Part shown: positions 20,418-34,008 of the stretch, piece by piece
Numbering within the stretch: the stretch's first letter is position 1
How the letters are laid out: each line of letters begins with the position of its first letter
Source: Cryobacterium sp.
GTDB taxonomy: Bacteria; Actinomycetota; Actinomycetes; Actinomycetales; Microbacteriaceae
Assembly (NCBI GenBank): GCA_019638935.1
Contig: JAHBSW010000002.1
Location: 37,968-101,967, forward strand
DNA length: 64,000 nt
Direction of reading: 5' to 3'
Position numbers and translations under genes: made by a program
The notes under the pieces: model-generated
What the model saw: only the letters and a program-made list of their open reading frames with translations
Told to the model about the DNA's origin: nothing
Database searches by the model: none

Positions 20418-21089
20418 ATGGTGTGCGATATGGCGACCATCTACGACTGCTCCGTCGAGTCGGAGCTTCTCGAGGGCATGAGGCTCGCCCGCGGTGCATT
20501 CGGGCGCGGGGAGCTCATCGTCATTCCCACCGACACCGTCTACGGCGTCGCGTGCGACGCGTTCAGTCCGGCCGCTGTCGCACGGCTGCTCGAGGCGAAG
20601 GGGCGCGGTCGCAGCTCACCGCCCCCCGTGCTCGTGCCGGGGCTGCCGACTCTCGACGCCCTCGCCGAAGAGGTTCCGGATGCCGCGCGCACGCTCGTGA
20701 AGGCCTTCTGGCCCGGCGCGCTCACCCTCATCCTGCCGGCGCGGGAGTCTCTCGCCTGGGATCTCGGAGACACTCACGGCACGGTCGCCCTGAGAATGCC
20801 GGCGCACCCGATCGCGCTCGAGCTGCTCTCGGAGACCGGCCCACTCGCGGTGTCGTCGGCCAACCTCTCGGGCAAGTCCGCCGCGCGCACCGCTCAGGAG
20901 GCGTTCGACTACCTGGGCGACTCGGTCGCCGTCTACCTCGATGCGGGTCAGGTGGGTGAGGCAGAGCTCCCCGGCCGCAGCAATGGTTCGACGATCGTCG
21001 ACTTCTCGAGCGTGCTCGACGATGCCGAGTTCGCGATCGTGCGTCACGGCGTCATCACCGAGGAGCAGCTGCGCGAGGCGCTCGCGTGA
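20418..21089 (+). CDS. tsaC: L-threonylcarbamoyladenylate synthase (Sua5/YwlC/TsaC family)
   Basis: VIPTDTVYGVACDAF and SSANLSGKS motifs. ATG 20430 is an alternative start. Confidence 0.88.
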   Translation: MVCDMATIYDCSVESELLEGMRLARGAFGRGELIVIPTDTVYGVACDAFSPAAVARLLEAKGRGRSSPPPVLVPGLPTLDALAEEVPDAARTLVKAFWPGALTLILPARESLAWDLGDTHGTVALRMPAHPIALELLSETGPLAVSSANLSGKSAARTAQEAFDYLGDSVAVYLDAGQVGEAELPGRSNGSTIVDFSSVLDDAEFAIVRHGVITEEQLREALA

Positions 21090-22213
21090 GGTTCTATCTG
21101 CTCGCCGGGCTCGTTGCGGCGGTCGTCACGTTCACCCTCGCTTTCGTCATCTGGAAGCTCAGCGCACGCTATCGCCTCTACCCGAAGATTCGCGACCGTG
21201 ACGTGCACACGACGCCGACGCCTCGACTCGGCGGCGTCGCGATGTTCATCGGTCTCGGCGTCGCGATGCTCTTCGCGAGCCAGGTCAGCTGGTTCCACCT
21301 CGTCTTCACCGACCCCGGCACGGTCACTGCGATCTTCATAGCCGCGTTCATCATCGTCGTGCTCGGCGTGCTCGACGACCTGCTCGACCTCGACTGGCTC
21401 GTCAAGCTCGCGGGTCAACTGATCGCCGCCGGCATCCTCGTCTGGCAGGGCGTGCAGCTCGTGACGGTGCCGATCGGGGGAGTCACGGTCGTGCCGCCGG
21501 TGCTCGGGCTCACCCTCACGGTTCTCGCCGTCGTGCTGGTCATGAACGCCGTGAACTTCATCGACGGTCTCGACGGTCTCGTCGCCGGCGTCGCGATCAT
21601 CGCCAACGGCGTGTTCTTCCTCTACAGCTATCTGCTCGCCCAGTTCGTCGGCGAGACGGAGTACTTCAATCTCGCCTCGCTGCTCTCCGCGGTGCTCATC
21701 GGTGCGTGCGTGGGGTTCCTGCCCTTCAACTGGCATCCCGCGAAGCTCTTCATGGGCGACTCGGGTGCGCTGCTCGTCGGCCTCATCATGGCGACCTCGG
21801 CGATCTCCGTCACCGGGCAGATCGACCCGGCCAGCATGGACTCCGCCCGCGCCCTGGCGCCCGCCTTCATCCCCATCGTGCTGCCGATCGCCGTGCTCAT
21901 CGTTCCGCTGCTCGACTTCGGGCTCGCCGTCACGCGACGCCTCCGCGCCGGCAAGTCGCCGTTCTCTGCCGACCGCAAGCACCTGCACCACCGGCTGCTC
22001 GACATCGGGCACTCGCACCTGCAGACGGTGCTCATCTTCTATGCCTGGAGCGCCCTCTTCGCACTGAGCGCGCTCGCGCTCTTCTTCGTGCCCTTCTGGT
22101 GGGGCATCGCCATCTTCGCTATCGGGGCTGTGGCATGCACCTGGTTCACGCTCGCACCACTCACTCGCCGCAAGCCTGTTGCAGTAGACACCGAAGCCGA
22201 GGAGCCATCATGA
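21086..22213 (+). CDS. wecA: undecaprenyl-phosphate GlcNAc-1-phosphate transferase (MraY/WecA family, GT4)
   Basis: Polytopic. Motifs VLGVLDDLLDLD, NAVNFIDGLDGL and FMGDSGALLVG. Same position as rfe in the mycobacterial backbone. Confidence 0.88.
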   Translation: MRFYLLAGLVAAVVTFTLAFVIWKLSARYRLYPKIRDRDVHTTPTPRLGGVAMFIGLGVAMLFASQVSWFHLVFTDPGTVTAIFIAAFIIVVLGVLDDLLDLDWLVKLAGQLIAAGILVWQGVQLVTVPIGGVTVVPPVLGLTLTVLAVVLVMNAVNFIDGLDGLVAGVAIIANGVFFLYSYLLAQFVGETEYFNLASLLSAVLIGACVGFLPFNWHPAKLFMGDSGALLVGLIMATSAISVTGQIDPASMDSARALAPAFIPIVLPIAVLIVPLLDFGLAVTRRLRAGKSPFSADRKHLHHRLLDIGHSHLQTVLIFYAWSALFALSALALFFVPFWWGIAIFAIGAVACTWFTLAPLTRRKPVAVDTEAEEPS

Positions 22214-22656
22214 CGGCCGTTCCCATGTTCACGAAGATCCTCAAAGCGGGTGCCATCCTCGCCGTCGTCGTCGCCGTGCTCAGCGCCGGCGTCGGCTACC
22301 TCGTCGCGGGCATGCCGGGCCTGTGGGGCGGCGTCATCGGTGCCGCGGCATCCTTCGTCTTCCTGGGATTCACCGCGGCCTCGATCATCGTCGCGTTCCG
22401 GGTCACGAAGGGTGATCTGCTCAACCCCGTCTTCTTCGGGATCGTGCTCGGCGGCTGGCTGCTCAAGCTCGGCGCGTTCCTGCTGCTGCTCATCCTCTTC
22501 GCCGGCCAGTCGTTCCTCGACCCCTACGTCCTGCTCGTCACGATCATCGTCTCGGTGCTGGGAAGCCTCGTGATCGACGGCTGGGCATTCATGAACTCGC
22601 GGGTGCCGTACGTCGACGAACCCCGTGTCGAGACCAGCCAATCCGACGAATCGTGA
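22210..22656 (+). CDS. small membrane protein upstream of atpB (AtpI/Rv1303-like)
   Basis: 148 aa with four hydrophobic segments. ATG 22210 overlaps the wecA stop (ATGA). It is the in-frame tail of track ORF 21706..22656. Confidence 0.65.
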   Translation: MTAVPMFTKILKAGAILAVVVAVLSAGVGYLVAGMPGLWGGVIGAAASFVFLGFTAASIIVAFRVTKGDLLNPVFFGIVLGGWLLKLGAFLLLLILFAGQSFLDPYVLLVTIIVSVLGSLVIDGWAFMNSRVPYVDEPRVETSQSDES

Positions 22657-22861
22657 GCATCCGGCACCGATTCGTGACTGAGCCAGCCGTATTGCTAAGC
22701 TTGCTGACGGACACCCCCTCAATGCCCACGCGTGCCCGCACGTCAAAATCTAGGAGACAGCGCTGCTAGTTAACGCTCTCAACTCGGTTGTCCTGGCGGC
22801 CGCCGAAGGTGAATTCCACGGTCCCTCCTTCGATGACTTCTTTCCGCCCGGAATCCTGTTC

Positions 22862-23849
<988 letters not shown>

Positions 23850-23875
23850 CTACGACACTTTCCTAAGGAGGCAGG

Positions 23876-24463
23876 ATGCTCGCTGTACTGACCAGTTCGA
23901 TTCTGGACAGCGCAATCCTTGCTGCAGCAGAAGAGGGCGAGACCACGGTGAACCCCCTCCTGCCGGCGGACTACGACATCATCTGGTCCGCGGTCATCTT
24001 CGTGATCGTGCTGGTCTTCTTCTGGCGCTATGCACTGCCCAGGATCCAGACGATGCTCGATGAGCGCTCAGCGGCGATCGAGGGTCAGATCGAGGCAGCC
24101 ACGGTCGCCAAGGCAGAGGCGGATGCGGCCCTCGAGGGTTACCGCGCTCAGCTCGCCGACGCACGTGGCGAGGCCGCGAAGATTCGCGAGCAGGCTCGCC
24201 TCGACGGCACGAAGATTCTCGCCGAGCTCAAGGAGCAGGCGACTGCGGAGGCCGCGCGCATCACCGCCGCGGCGCAGGCGACGATCGAGGCCGAGCGTCA
24301 GGCTGCCCTCGTGTCGCTGCGCAGTGAGGTGGGATCGCTCGCAATCACTCTCGCATCGGGTGTCATCGGTGAGTCTCTGGGCGACGACAAGAAGTCGACG
24401 GCTCTCGTCGACCGCTTTCTCGCGGACCTCGAGGCAGACGAGAAGGCCAAGGCGGGAAAGTAG
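23876..24463 (+). CDS. atpF: F0F1 ATP synthase subunit b
   Basis: One N-terminal TM helix followed by a long Ala/Glu/Arg-rich coiled coil. Confidence 0.9.
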   Translation: MLAVLTSSILDSAILAAAEEGETTVNPLLPADYDIIWSAVIFVIVLVFFWRYALPRIQTMLDERSAAIEGQIEAATVAKAEADAALEGYRAQLADARGEAAKIREQARLDGTKILAELKEQATAEAARITAAAQATIEAERQAALVSLRSEVGSLAITLASGVIGESLGDDKKSTALVDRFLADLEADEKAKAGK

Positions 24464-25270
24464 ATGGGTTCAGCGACGAGAGAAGCGAGCGCTAACGCTC
24501 GGGCGGCACTGGCCGCTCAGAGCACGGTGCTGTCTGACAGCGCTGCGGCGTCGGCGACGGGTGAGGAACTCCTCGCTGCCGGCCGAGTGATCGGCGATTC
24601 CGCACAGTTGCGCTCGACTCTCGCCGACGCGTCGATTCCGGATGCCGAGAAGACGGCCGTCATCGGCAAGCTCTTCGGGGGTGCGAGCGCCGCCACGCGT
24701 GCTGTGCTCGATGCGATCGTGACGAGCCGCTGGTCGAGCCACGACGATCTGCTCGCCGGAATCGAGGAGCTGGGGTTCAGCGCGATCGCCGCATCGGCGG
24801 GCGGCGACGATGACATCATCGCGGAGCTCTTCTCCTTCGGCCGTGCCGTCACGAGCGATCCCGAGCTGGAGCTCGCGATCGGCAGCAAGCTCGGCGGGTC
24901 GGCGGCGAAGGCCGCTCTTGTCGACCGACTTCTGGCGGGCAAGGCCAGCAGTCAGGCTCTCGCGATCGTGCGCCACCTGGTGCAGCAGCCGCGCGGGCGC
25001 CGCATCCGCACGCTGGTGGCGGATGCCGCGACCATCGTCGCTCGCGAGGGCGGCTTCGCGATCGCGACCGTGACCGTCGCCCGCGAGCTCAGCGATGCGC
25101 AGTTGAAACGTCTCGCCGCGGGACTCTCGGCTCGCTTCGGCACGCTCCGGATCAATCAGGTGGTCGACTCCAGCCTCATCGGCGGGCTTCGCGTTCAGGT
25201 CGGCGACGACGTGATCGACGACTCCATCGCAACGAAACTCAACACGCTCAAGCTTCAGCTCGCCGGCTAG
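24464..25270 (+). CDS. atpH: F0F1 ATP synthase subunit delta (extended, 268 aa)
   Basis: OSCP-like C-terminus ([22 protein letters not shown]). The N-terminal helical module appears twice (see finding). Confidence 0.88.
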   Translation: MGSATREASANARAALAAQSTVLSDSAAASATGEELLAAGRVIGDSAQLRSTLADASIPDAEKTAVIGKLFGGASAATRAVLDAIVTSRWSSHDDLLAGIEELGFSAIAASAGGDDDIIAELFSFGRAVTSDPELELAIGSKLGGSAAKAALVDRLLAGKASSQALAIVRHLVQQPRGRRIRTLVADAATIVAREGGFAIATVTVARELSDAQLKRLAAGLSARFGTLRINQVVDSSLIGGLRVQVGDDVIDDSIATKLNTLKLQLAG

Positions 25271-25317
25271 GCAGCGCAGGACTTTTTGGGGATCTCCCCG
25301 CAGGAAAGGGAACGACA

Positions 25318-26955
<1,638 letters not shown>

Positions 26956-27016
26956 TCCTTTGACACCGAGCAGCCGACGGCAACGCAATCGACGGAAGTA
27001 CTAGGGAAAGAGACAA

Positions 27017-29447
<2,431 letters not shown>

Positions 29448-29449
29448 TC

Positions 29450-29716
29450 ATGGCCGACCTCTCCGTGAGCGTCGTCTCGGCCGCACGCGAGGTGTGGTCG
29501 GGCGAGGCGCGCCAGCTCGTCGCCCGCACCACCGAGGGCGAGATCGGCATCCTGCCCGGTCACGAGCCACTGCTGGGTGTGCTCGCCGCGGGTGAGGTTC
29601 GCGTGACGCTCGCCGACGGCAGTGTGGTCACCGCGAACGCGGAGGACGGTTTTCTCTCGGTCGCCAACGACATCGTGACCGTCGTAGCGCGGAACGCCGA
29701 ACTCGCCGAAGCCTGA
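29450..29716 (+). CDS. atpC: F0F1 ATP synthase subunit epsilon (short form, 88 aa)
   Basis: In-frame ATG 29450 (MADLSVSVVSAAREVWSGEA...GILPGHEPLL), 2 nt after the atpD stop. Only the beta-sandwich domain is encoded. Confidence 0.88.
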   Translation: MADLSVSVVSAAREVWSGEARQLVARTTEGEIGILPGHEPLLGVLAAGEVRVTLADGSVVTANAEDGFLSVANDIVTVVARNAELAEA

Positions 29717-29736
29717 GCGGGCTAGGTTTCGGCCTG

Positions 29737-30483
29737 GTGCTCGTTCTGCTGCCGCCGTCGGAAACGAAGCGGGACGGGGGAGTCGACGATTCGAGCCTCG
29801 AGCTCGGCGCACTGAGTTTCGCAGAGCTGAACCCCGTCCGCACGCGCGTGCTCGCCGCAGTTCGGGCACTCTCGACCAGTCGCAGGCGAGCGCTTGCGGC
29901 GCTGGGTCTGAGCGATGCCCAGGCCTTCGAGGTCGATCGCAACCGGGCGCTCCGAACATCACCGGTCATGCCCGCGATCGAGCGGTACACGGGCGTGCTC
30001 TTCGACGCGATCGACTGGCAGACGGTTCCGGATGCGGCGCGCGGGTGGGCGCATGACCACGCCGTCATCCACTCCGCACTGTTCGGGCTGCTGCGGGCCG
30101 GCGACCCGATTCCCGCCTACCGTCTGTCTCACGACTCGAGGCTTGTGGTGCGGGAGCAGTCGCTCAAGAGAACGTGGGCAAACCCCGTGGCGTCGGCCCT
30201 CGCCGCGACGGACGAGTTCGTGCTCGACCTGCGCTCTGAGGGGTATGCGGGGCTGGGTCCCGCCCCGAAGGGCTCGTACTTCGTGCGCGTGGTCACGGAG
30301 GGCTCGGATGGCGTGAGGCGCGCGCTCAACCACTTCAACAAGAAGGGCAAGGGCGAGTTCGTTCGCGCCCTGATGCTGGCCGGGCTCGACCATGGCTCGG
30401 TCGAGTCGCTGCTCGAGTGGGCTGCCGACGCCGGCTGTAAGCTCGATCACGGCGCGCCGGGCGAGCTGGATCTCGTCGTCTAG
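29737..30483 (+). CDS. yaaA: peroxide stress protein YaaA (DUF328/UPF0246)
   Basis: N-terminal LVLLPPSETKR family signature; 248 aa. Confidence 0.8.
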   Translation: MLVLLPPSETKRDGGVDDSSLELGALSFAELNPVRTRVLAAVRALSTSRRRALAALGLSDAQAFEVDRNRALRTSPVMPAIERYTGVLFDAIDWQTVPDAARGWAHDHAVIHSALFGLLRAGDPIPAYRLSHDSRLVVREQSLKRTWANPVASALAATDEFVLDLRSEGYAGLGPAPKGSYFVRVVTEGSDGVRRALNHFNKKGKGEFVRALMLAGLDHGSVESLLEWAADAGCKLDHGAPGELDLVV

Positions 30484-30488
30484 CAGCC

Positions 30489-30670
30489 TTGATCTCGAGA
30501 CGCGCGCACTTCGCTTTGGGCGACGGTCATTTCTGACCGTCGCTGGCGGTGCCAGCGCAGACGGCCGTCTCGGCCGTCTGTCTGCGCGATCTCCTCAATC
30601 AACAAGTCCCTCGGGCGTCAGGATGCAGATATCTGCTGGTTGAGGAGGCCGAAGGCCGTCTCGAAACCAG
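30489..30670. repeat. REP-like palindromic intergenic element, copy B (compound; between convergent yaaA and ogt)
   Basis: Same end units as copy A (TTGATCTCGAGACG ... CTCCTCAATCAAC ... CTGGTTGAGGAGGCCGAAGGCCGTCTCGAAACC). The left unit carries extra nested hairpins at 30520-30587. Confidence 0.75.
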
Positions 30671-30685
30671 CGCGTTCGCACTGCA

Positions 30686-31192
30686 TCACGCGGCGAGAAC
30701 GACTGCTTCATGTTTGAGCAGCCACAGCTTCGCCTCGATGCCTGGGCCATGCGACCAGCCGGTGACCGTCCCTTCGCTCGTGAGCACGCGGTGGCAGGGC
30801 ACGAGCAGCGGAATCGGGTTCGAGCGGATCGCCGCCGCGACCGCGCGGCCCGCGCCGGGCACTCCCGCCGCAGCCCCGAGCGTGCCGTAGCTGAGCGTCT
30901 CGCCGTGACGCAGTTCGCGCAGTCGGTTCCAGATCGCGAGCTGAAACGGGGTGCCGCGCAGTGCGAGAGGCACCGAGAGGGTCGCACTCGAACCCGCGAA
31001 GTACTTCTCGAGCTGGGCGCGAGCCCGCTCGAGCACGCGGTTCGGGCTCTCCTCCCGCGCATCATGGGGGAGTCGTCCGGCTGCCTCGATGGCGAGGCCC
31101 GTGACCGCCTCGCCGTCGGAGAGGACTTCGAGGCGACCGAGCGGGCTGGGGAACCGGATGAGAAAGGGGGAGGGCGCGGGTGGAAGGGCCAT
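30686..31192 (-). CDS. ogt: methylated-DNA--protein-cysteine methyltransferase
   Basis: Active site IPLLVPCHRV. Start at ATG 31192 (MALPPAPSPF). The rest of track ORF 30686..32200 is antisense shadow of the next gene. Confidence 0.88.
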   Translation of the reverse strand: MALPPAPSPFLIRFPSPLGRLEVLSDGEAVTGLAIEAAGRLPHDAREESPNRVLERARAQLEKYFAGSSATLSVPLALRGTPFQLAIWNRLRELRHGETLSYGTLGAAAGVPGAGRAVAAAIRSNPIPLLVPCHRVLTSEGTVTGWSHGPGIEAKLWLLKHEAVVLAA

Positions 31193-31312
31193 GAGGGGAC
31201 GGTAGCGAGGCATCCCTCGGCCGACTGCGTCGACCGAGGCGCGCGGGGAACGAGAGCGTGCGGCACACGCTGTGGAGGACAACTGACTGTCGACTACGGC
31301 TAGCGTGGAGCC

Positions 31313-32275
31313 ATGACGACTATCGAGCACCGCAACCTCGGAACCTCCGGCCTCAGGGTCTCCACCATCGGCCTCGGCTGCAACAACTTCGGCCGCGCGG
31401 GAACCGTGACCGAGACGCAGAGGGGCACGGATGCTGTCATCCACGCCGCGATCGATGCCGGAGTCACCCTGCTCGACGGCGCCGACATCTACGGGGCGCA
31501 GCGCGGGCAGAGCGAAACCCTCATGGGCAACGCCCTCAAGGGAAAGCGTGACCAGGTGGTGCTCGCCACCAAGTTCGGCATGGACATGGAGGGCGCGAAC
31601 GGTCCCGACTGGGGTGCGCGCGGCTCGCGCCGCTACATCCGCCTCGCCGTCGAAGCCTCGCTCAGACGGCTGCAGACCGACTGGATCGACCTGTACCAGC
31701 TTCACGCACCCGACCCGAACACCCCGATCGAGGAGACTCTCAGCGCGCTCGACGATCTCGTGCGCGAGGGCAAGGTGCGCTACCTCGGGCACTCCAACCT
31801 TGCGGGCTGGCAGATCGCCGAGGCAGAGCTCACCGCCACGCTCGGCGGGTTCGAGCACTTCGTGTCGAGCCAGAACGAGTACAGCCTGCTCGCGCGCGGG
31901 GTCGAGCGCGAGGTGCTGCCCGCCGTCAAGCAGTATGGTCTGGGTTTCTTGCCGTACTTTCCGCTCTTCAACGGCATCCTCACGGGAAAGTACACGCGGG
32001 CGGGCGGCCCCGCCGATGCGCGCGTGACCAAACTCAAGCCGGAGCTCATGGCCAAGACCGACTGGGATCGCATGGAGGCGTACCAGTCCTTCTGCGACGC
32101 GCGCGGCATCCCCATGCTGCACGCGACCTTCGGGTGGCTGCTCGCGCAACCCGGTCTGTCCAGCGTCATCGCGGGAGCGACGACCCCCGAGCAGGTTCAA
32201 CAGAACGCCGAGGCCGCTACCGCGTGGGAGCCCGGCGACGCCGACCTCGCCGAGCTCACCGCGATCTTCGACTGA
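31313..32275 (+). CDS. aldo/keto reductase
   Basis: RNLGTSGLRVSTIGLGCNNFG N-terminus and LDGADIYG motif; 320 aa. Confidence 0.88.
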   Translation: MTTIEHRNLGTSGLRVSTIGLGCNNFGRAGTVTETQRGTDAVIHAAIDAGVTLLDGADIYGAQRGQSETLMGNALKGKRDQVVLATKFGMDMEGANGPDWGARGSRRYIRLAVEASLRRLQTDWIDLYQLHAPDPNTPIEETLSALDDLVREGKVRYLGHSNLAGWQIAEAELTATLGGFEHFVSSQNEYSLLARGVEREVLPAVKQYGLGFLPYFPLFNGILTGKYTRAGGPADARVTKLKPELMAKTDWDRMEAYQSFCDARGIPMLHATFGWLLAQPGLSSVIAGATTPEQVQQNAEAATAWEPGDADLAELTAIFD

Positions 32276-32323
32276 GCTCCCAGCTCGCCCCGCAACCCTC
32301 GGGCGGTTTGGCCGCGACCGGCC

Positions 32324-33235
32324 TCAGTCGAAGGTCAGCACGAGCTTGCCCCGCCCGTGCCCGGTGTCGAGGTCGCGATACGCTTCGGCAACCTCCGTCA
32401 CGGGGTAGGACTTTCGCACGGGGATCACGAGCTCGCCCGCGACCACCTGGCGTGCGAACTCGGCGAGCTCCTGGGCGGTCTTGCCCCCGCCTCCGACGGT
32501 CGTCAAGCCGTGCTCGGCCGCTGTCGCGCGGTCGGCGATCGTGTTGATGCGTGCGGGGGCGACCTCGAGCTCGAGGGCGGTGAGCAGGGCATCGCCGCCC
32601 TTGTTGTCGAGCACCGCGGTGTAGCCGCTCGGCGCGGCGGCACGGAGGCGCTCGACCTCGCCATCGCCGTAGGCGACCGGGATCACGCCGAGGCTCTCCA
32701 GGAACTCGTGATTCGATTCGCTTGCAGTGCCGACGACGGTCGCCCCGGTCGCCCTGGCGAACTGCACGGTGGGGATCCCCACACCACCGGCGGCGGCCGT
32801 GACGAGCACGGTGTCGGATGGCCCTAGTTCGAGCGAGTCGACCGCACGCTTCGCGGTGTTCGAGACGAGACCGATCGCCGACGCGGTCGCCCAGTCGAGT
32901 TCGGCGGGTTTGCGGGTCAGGTTACTCGGCGGCACGACGACGAACTCCGCCTGCGCTCCCGTATTGGCCCAGCCGAGCACCTCGTCCCCGACGGCGAAGT
33001 CGGTGACGCCCTCGCCGATCTCATCGACGACGCCGGCGAACTCGGCGCCCTGGCCAGCGGGCAGCGTGTGGCCGGGAATGTAGCCACCGCGGCGCACCTT
33101 GGAGTCGAAGGGGTTCATCCCCGCGGCGCGCACGGCCACACGAACATGGCCCTCAGCCGCATGGGGCTCCTCAACCTCGACCCACTGCAGCACTTCCGGG
33201 CCACCGTATTCGCTGTATCTCACCGCTTTTGACAT
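32324..33235 (-). CDS. NADP-dependent quinone oxidoreductase (medium-chain dehydrogenase/reductase family)
   Basis: MSKAVRYSEYGGPEVLQWVEVEEP N-terminus and nucleotide motif VTAAAGGVG. Start taken at ATG 33235, which lies inside the longer track ORF. Confidence 0.85.
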   Translation of the reverse strand: MSKAVRYSEYGGPEVLQWVEVEEPHAAEGHVRVAVRAAGMNPFDSKVRRGGYIPGHTLPAGQGAEFAGVVDEIGEGVTDFAVGDEVLGWANTGAQAEFVVVPPSNLTRKPAELDWATASAIGLVSNTAKRAVDSLELGPSDTVLVTAAAGGVGIPTVQFARATGATVVGTASESNHEFLESLGVIPVAYGDGEVERLRAAAPSGYTAVLDNKGGDALLTALELEVAPARINTIADRATAAEHGLTTVGGGGKTAQELAEFARQVVAGELVIPVRKSYPVTEVAEAYRDLDTGHGRGKLVLTFD

Positions 33236-33341
33236 GCGTTCCTCCGAGAAGTCTCTGTGCTTCGAGTCTAGGCTGATGGTCCTGATGCCGCCGGGACGGG
33301 CCGGTGTGCGCTCTCGACGAACACGCGGAAAACAATTTGCG

Positions 33342-33357
33342 GAGTGAGTGCTCACTC
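33342..33357. promoter_or_regulatory. candidate TetR operator palindrome GAGTGAG-tg-CTCACTC
   Basis: 7-bp inverted arms read directly, in the 108-nt divergent region between the oxidoreductase and the TetR gene. It overlaps the first possible TetR start codon. Confidence 0.3.
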
Positions 33358-34003
33358 AGTTATGCTTCTCGTCGTGCCGCAGCTCGCCCAACCACCCGCG
33401 CAGGGCACCAGCACACGCGCCAGGCCGCTCTCGGTCGAGGACCGACAGGCGATGATCATCGACGCGGTCATCCCGCTGCTCGCCGTGCACGGTCGCGACC
33501 TCACCTCGAAGCAGATCGCCGAGGCGGCGGGGGTCGCGGAGGGCACGATCTTTCGAGCCTTCGGCGACAAGGACACGCTCATCACGGCCGCCATCGCGCA
33601 CTTTCTCGACCCCGAGCCGATGCGCCGCGAGCTGCGGGCGATCGATTCGGGGCTCGACCTTCACAGCAAAGTGCTCCAGATCGTCACGATCATGCAGCGG
33701 CGATTCAGCGACATCTTCCGCATCATGGCGCTCGTCGGGCACGAGCGTCCCCCGCACCGACATCAAGGGCAGGCGTTCATCGACATCATCGCCGAGGCAC
33801 TCGCCCCCGATCTCGAGAACCTCAACTGGCCAGCCCCCCGGATCGCCCACATCCTCAGGCTCGTGAGCTTCGCCTCCGCCTTTCCCCAGCTCAACGACGG
33901 CGTGGAGTTCACGCCGGAGGAGCTCACCATCATCGTGCTCCACGGCATCGCCGGCGAGCCGAGGCATCACCCGAGCACACATCCGACAGAGAGCCAGAAC
34001 TGA
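33344..34003 (+). CDS. TetR/AcrR family transcriptional regulator
   Basis: HTH segment TSKQIAEAAGVAEGTIFRAFGDKDTL. The start is GTG 33344 or ATG 33362. Confidence 0.85.
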   Translation: MSAHSVMLLVVPQLAQPPAQGTSTRARPLSVEDRQAMIIDAVIPLLAVHGRDLTSKQIAEAAGVAEGTIFRAFGDKDTLITAAIAHFLDPEPMRRELRAIDSGLDLHSKVLQIVTIMQRRFSDIFRIMALVGHERPPHRHQGQAFIDIIAEALAPDLENLNWPAPRIAHILRLVSFASAFPQLNDGVEFTPEELTIIVLHGIAGEPRHHPSTHPTESQN

Positions 34004-34008
34004 CACCC

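Noticed and set aside
30686-32200. 504-aa minus-strand ORF that would fuse ogt to a large N-terminal domain
   Set aside because: Only the last 168 codons resemble the methyltransferase. The rest is antisense to the aldo/keto reductase gene.
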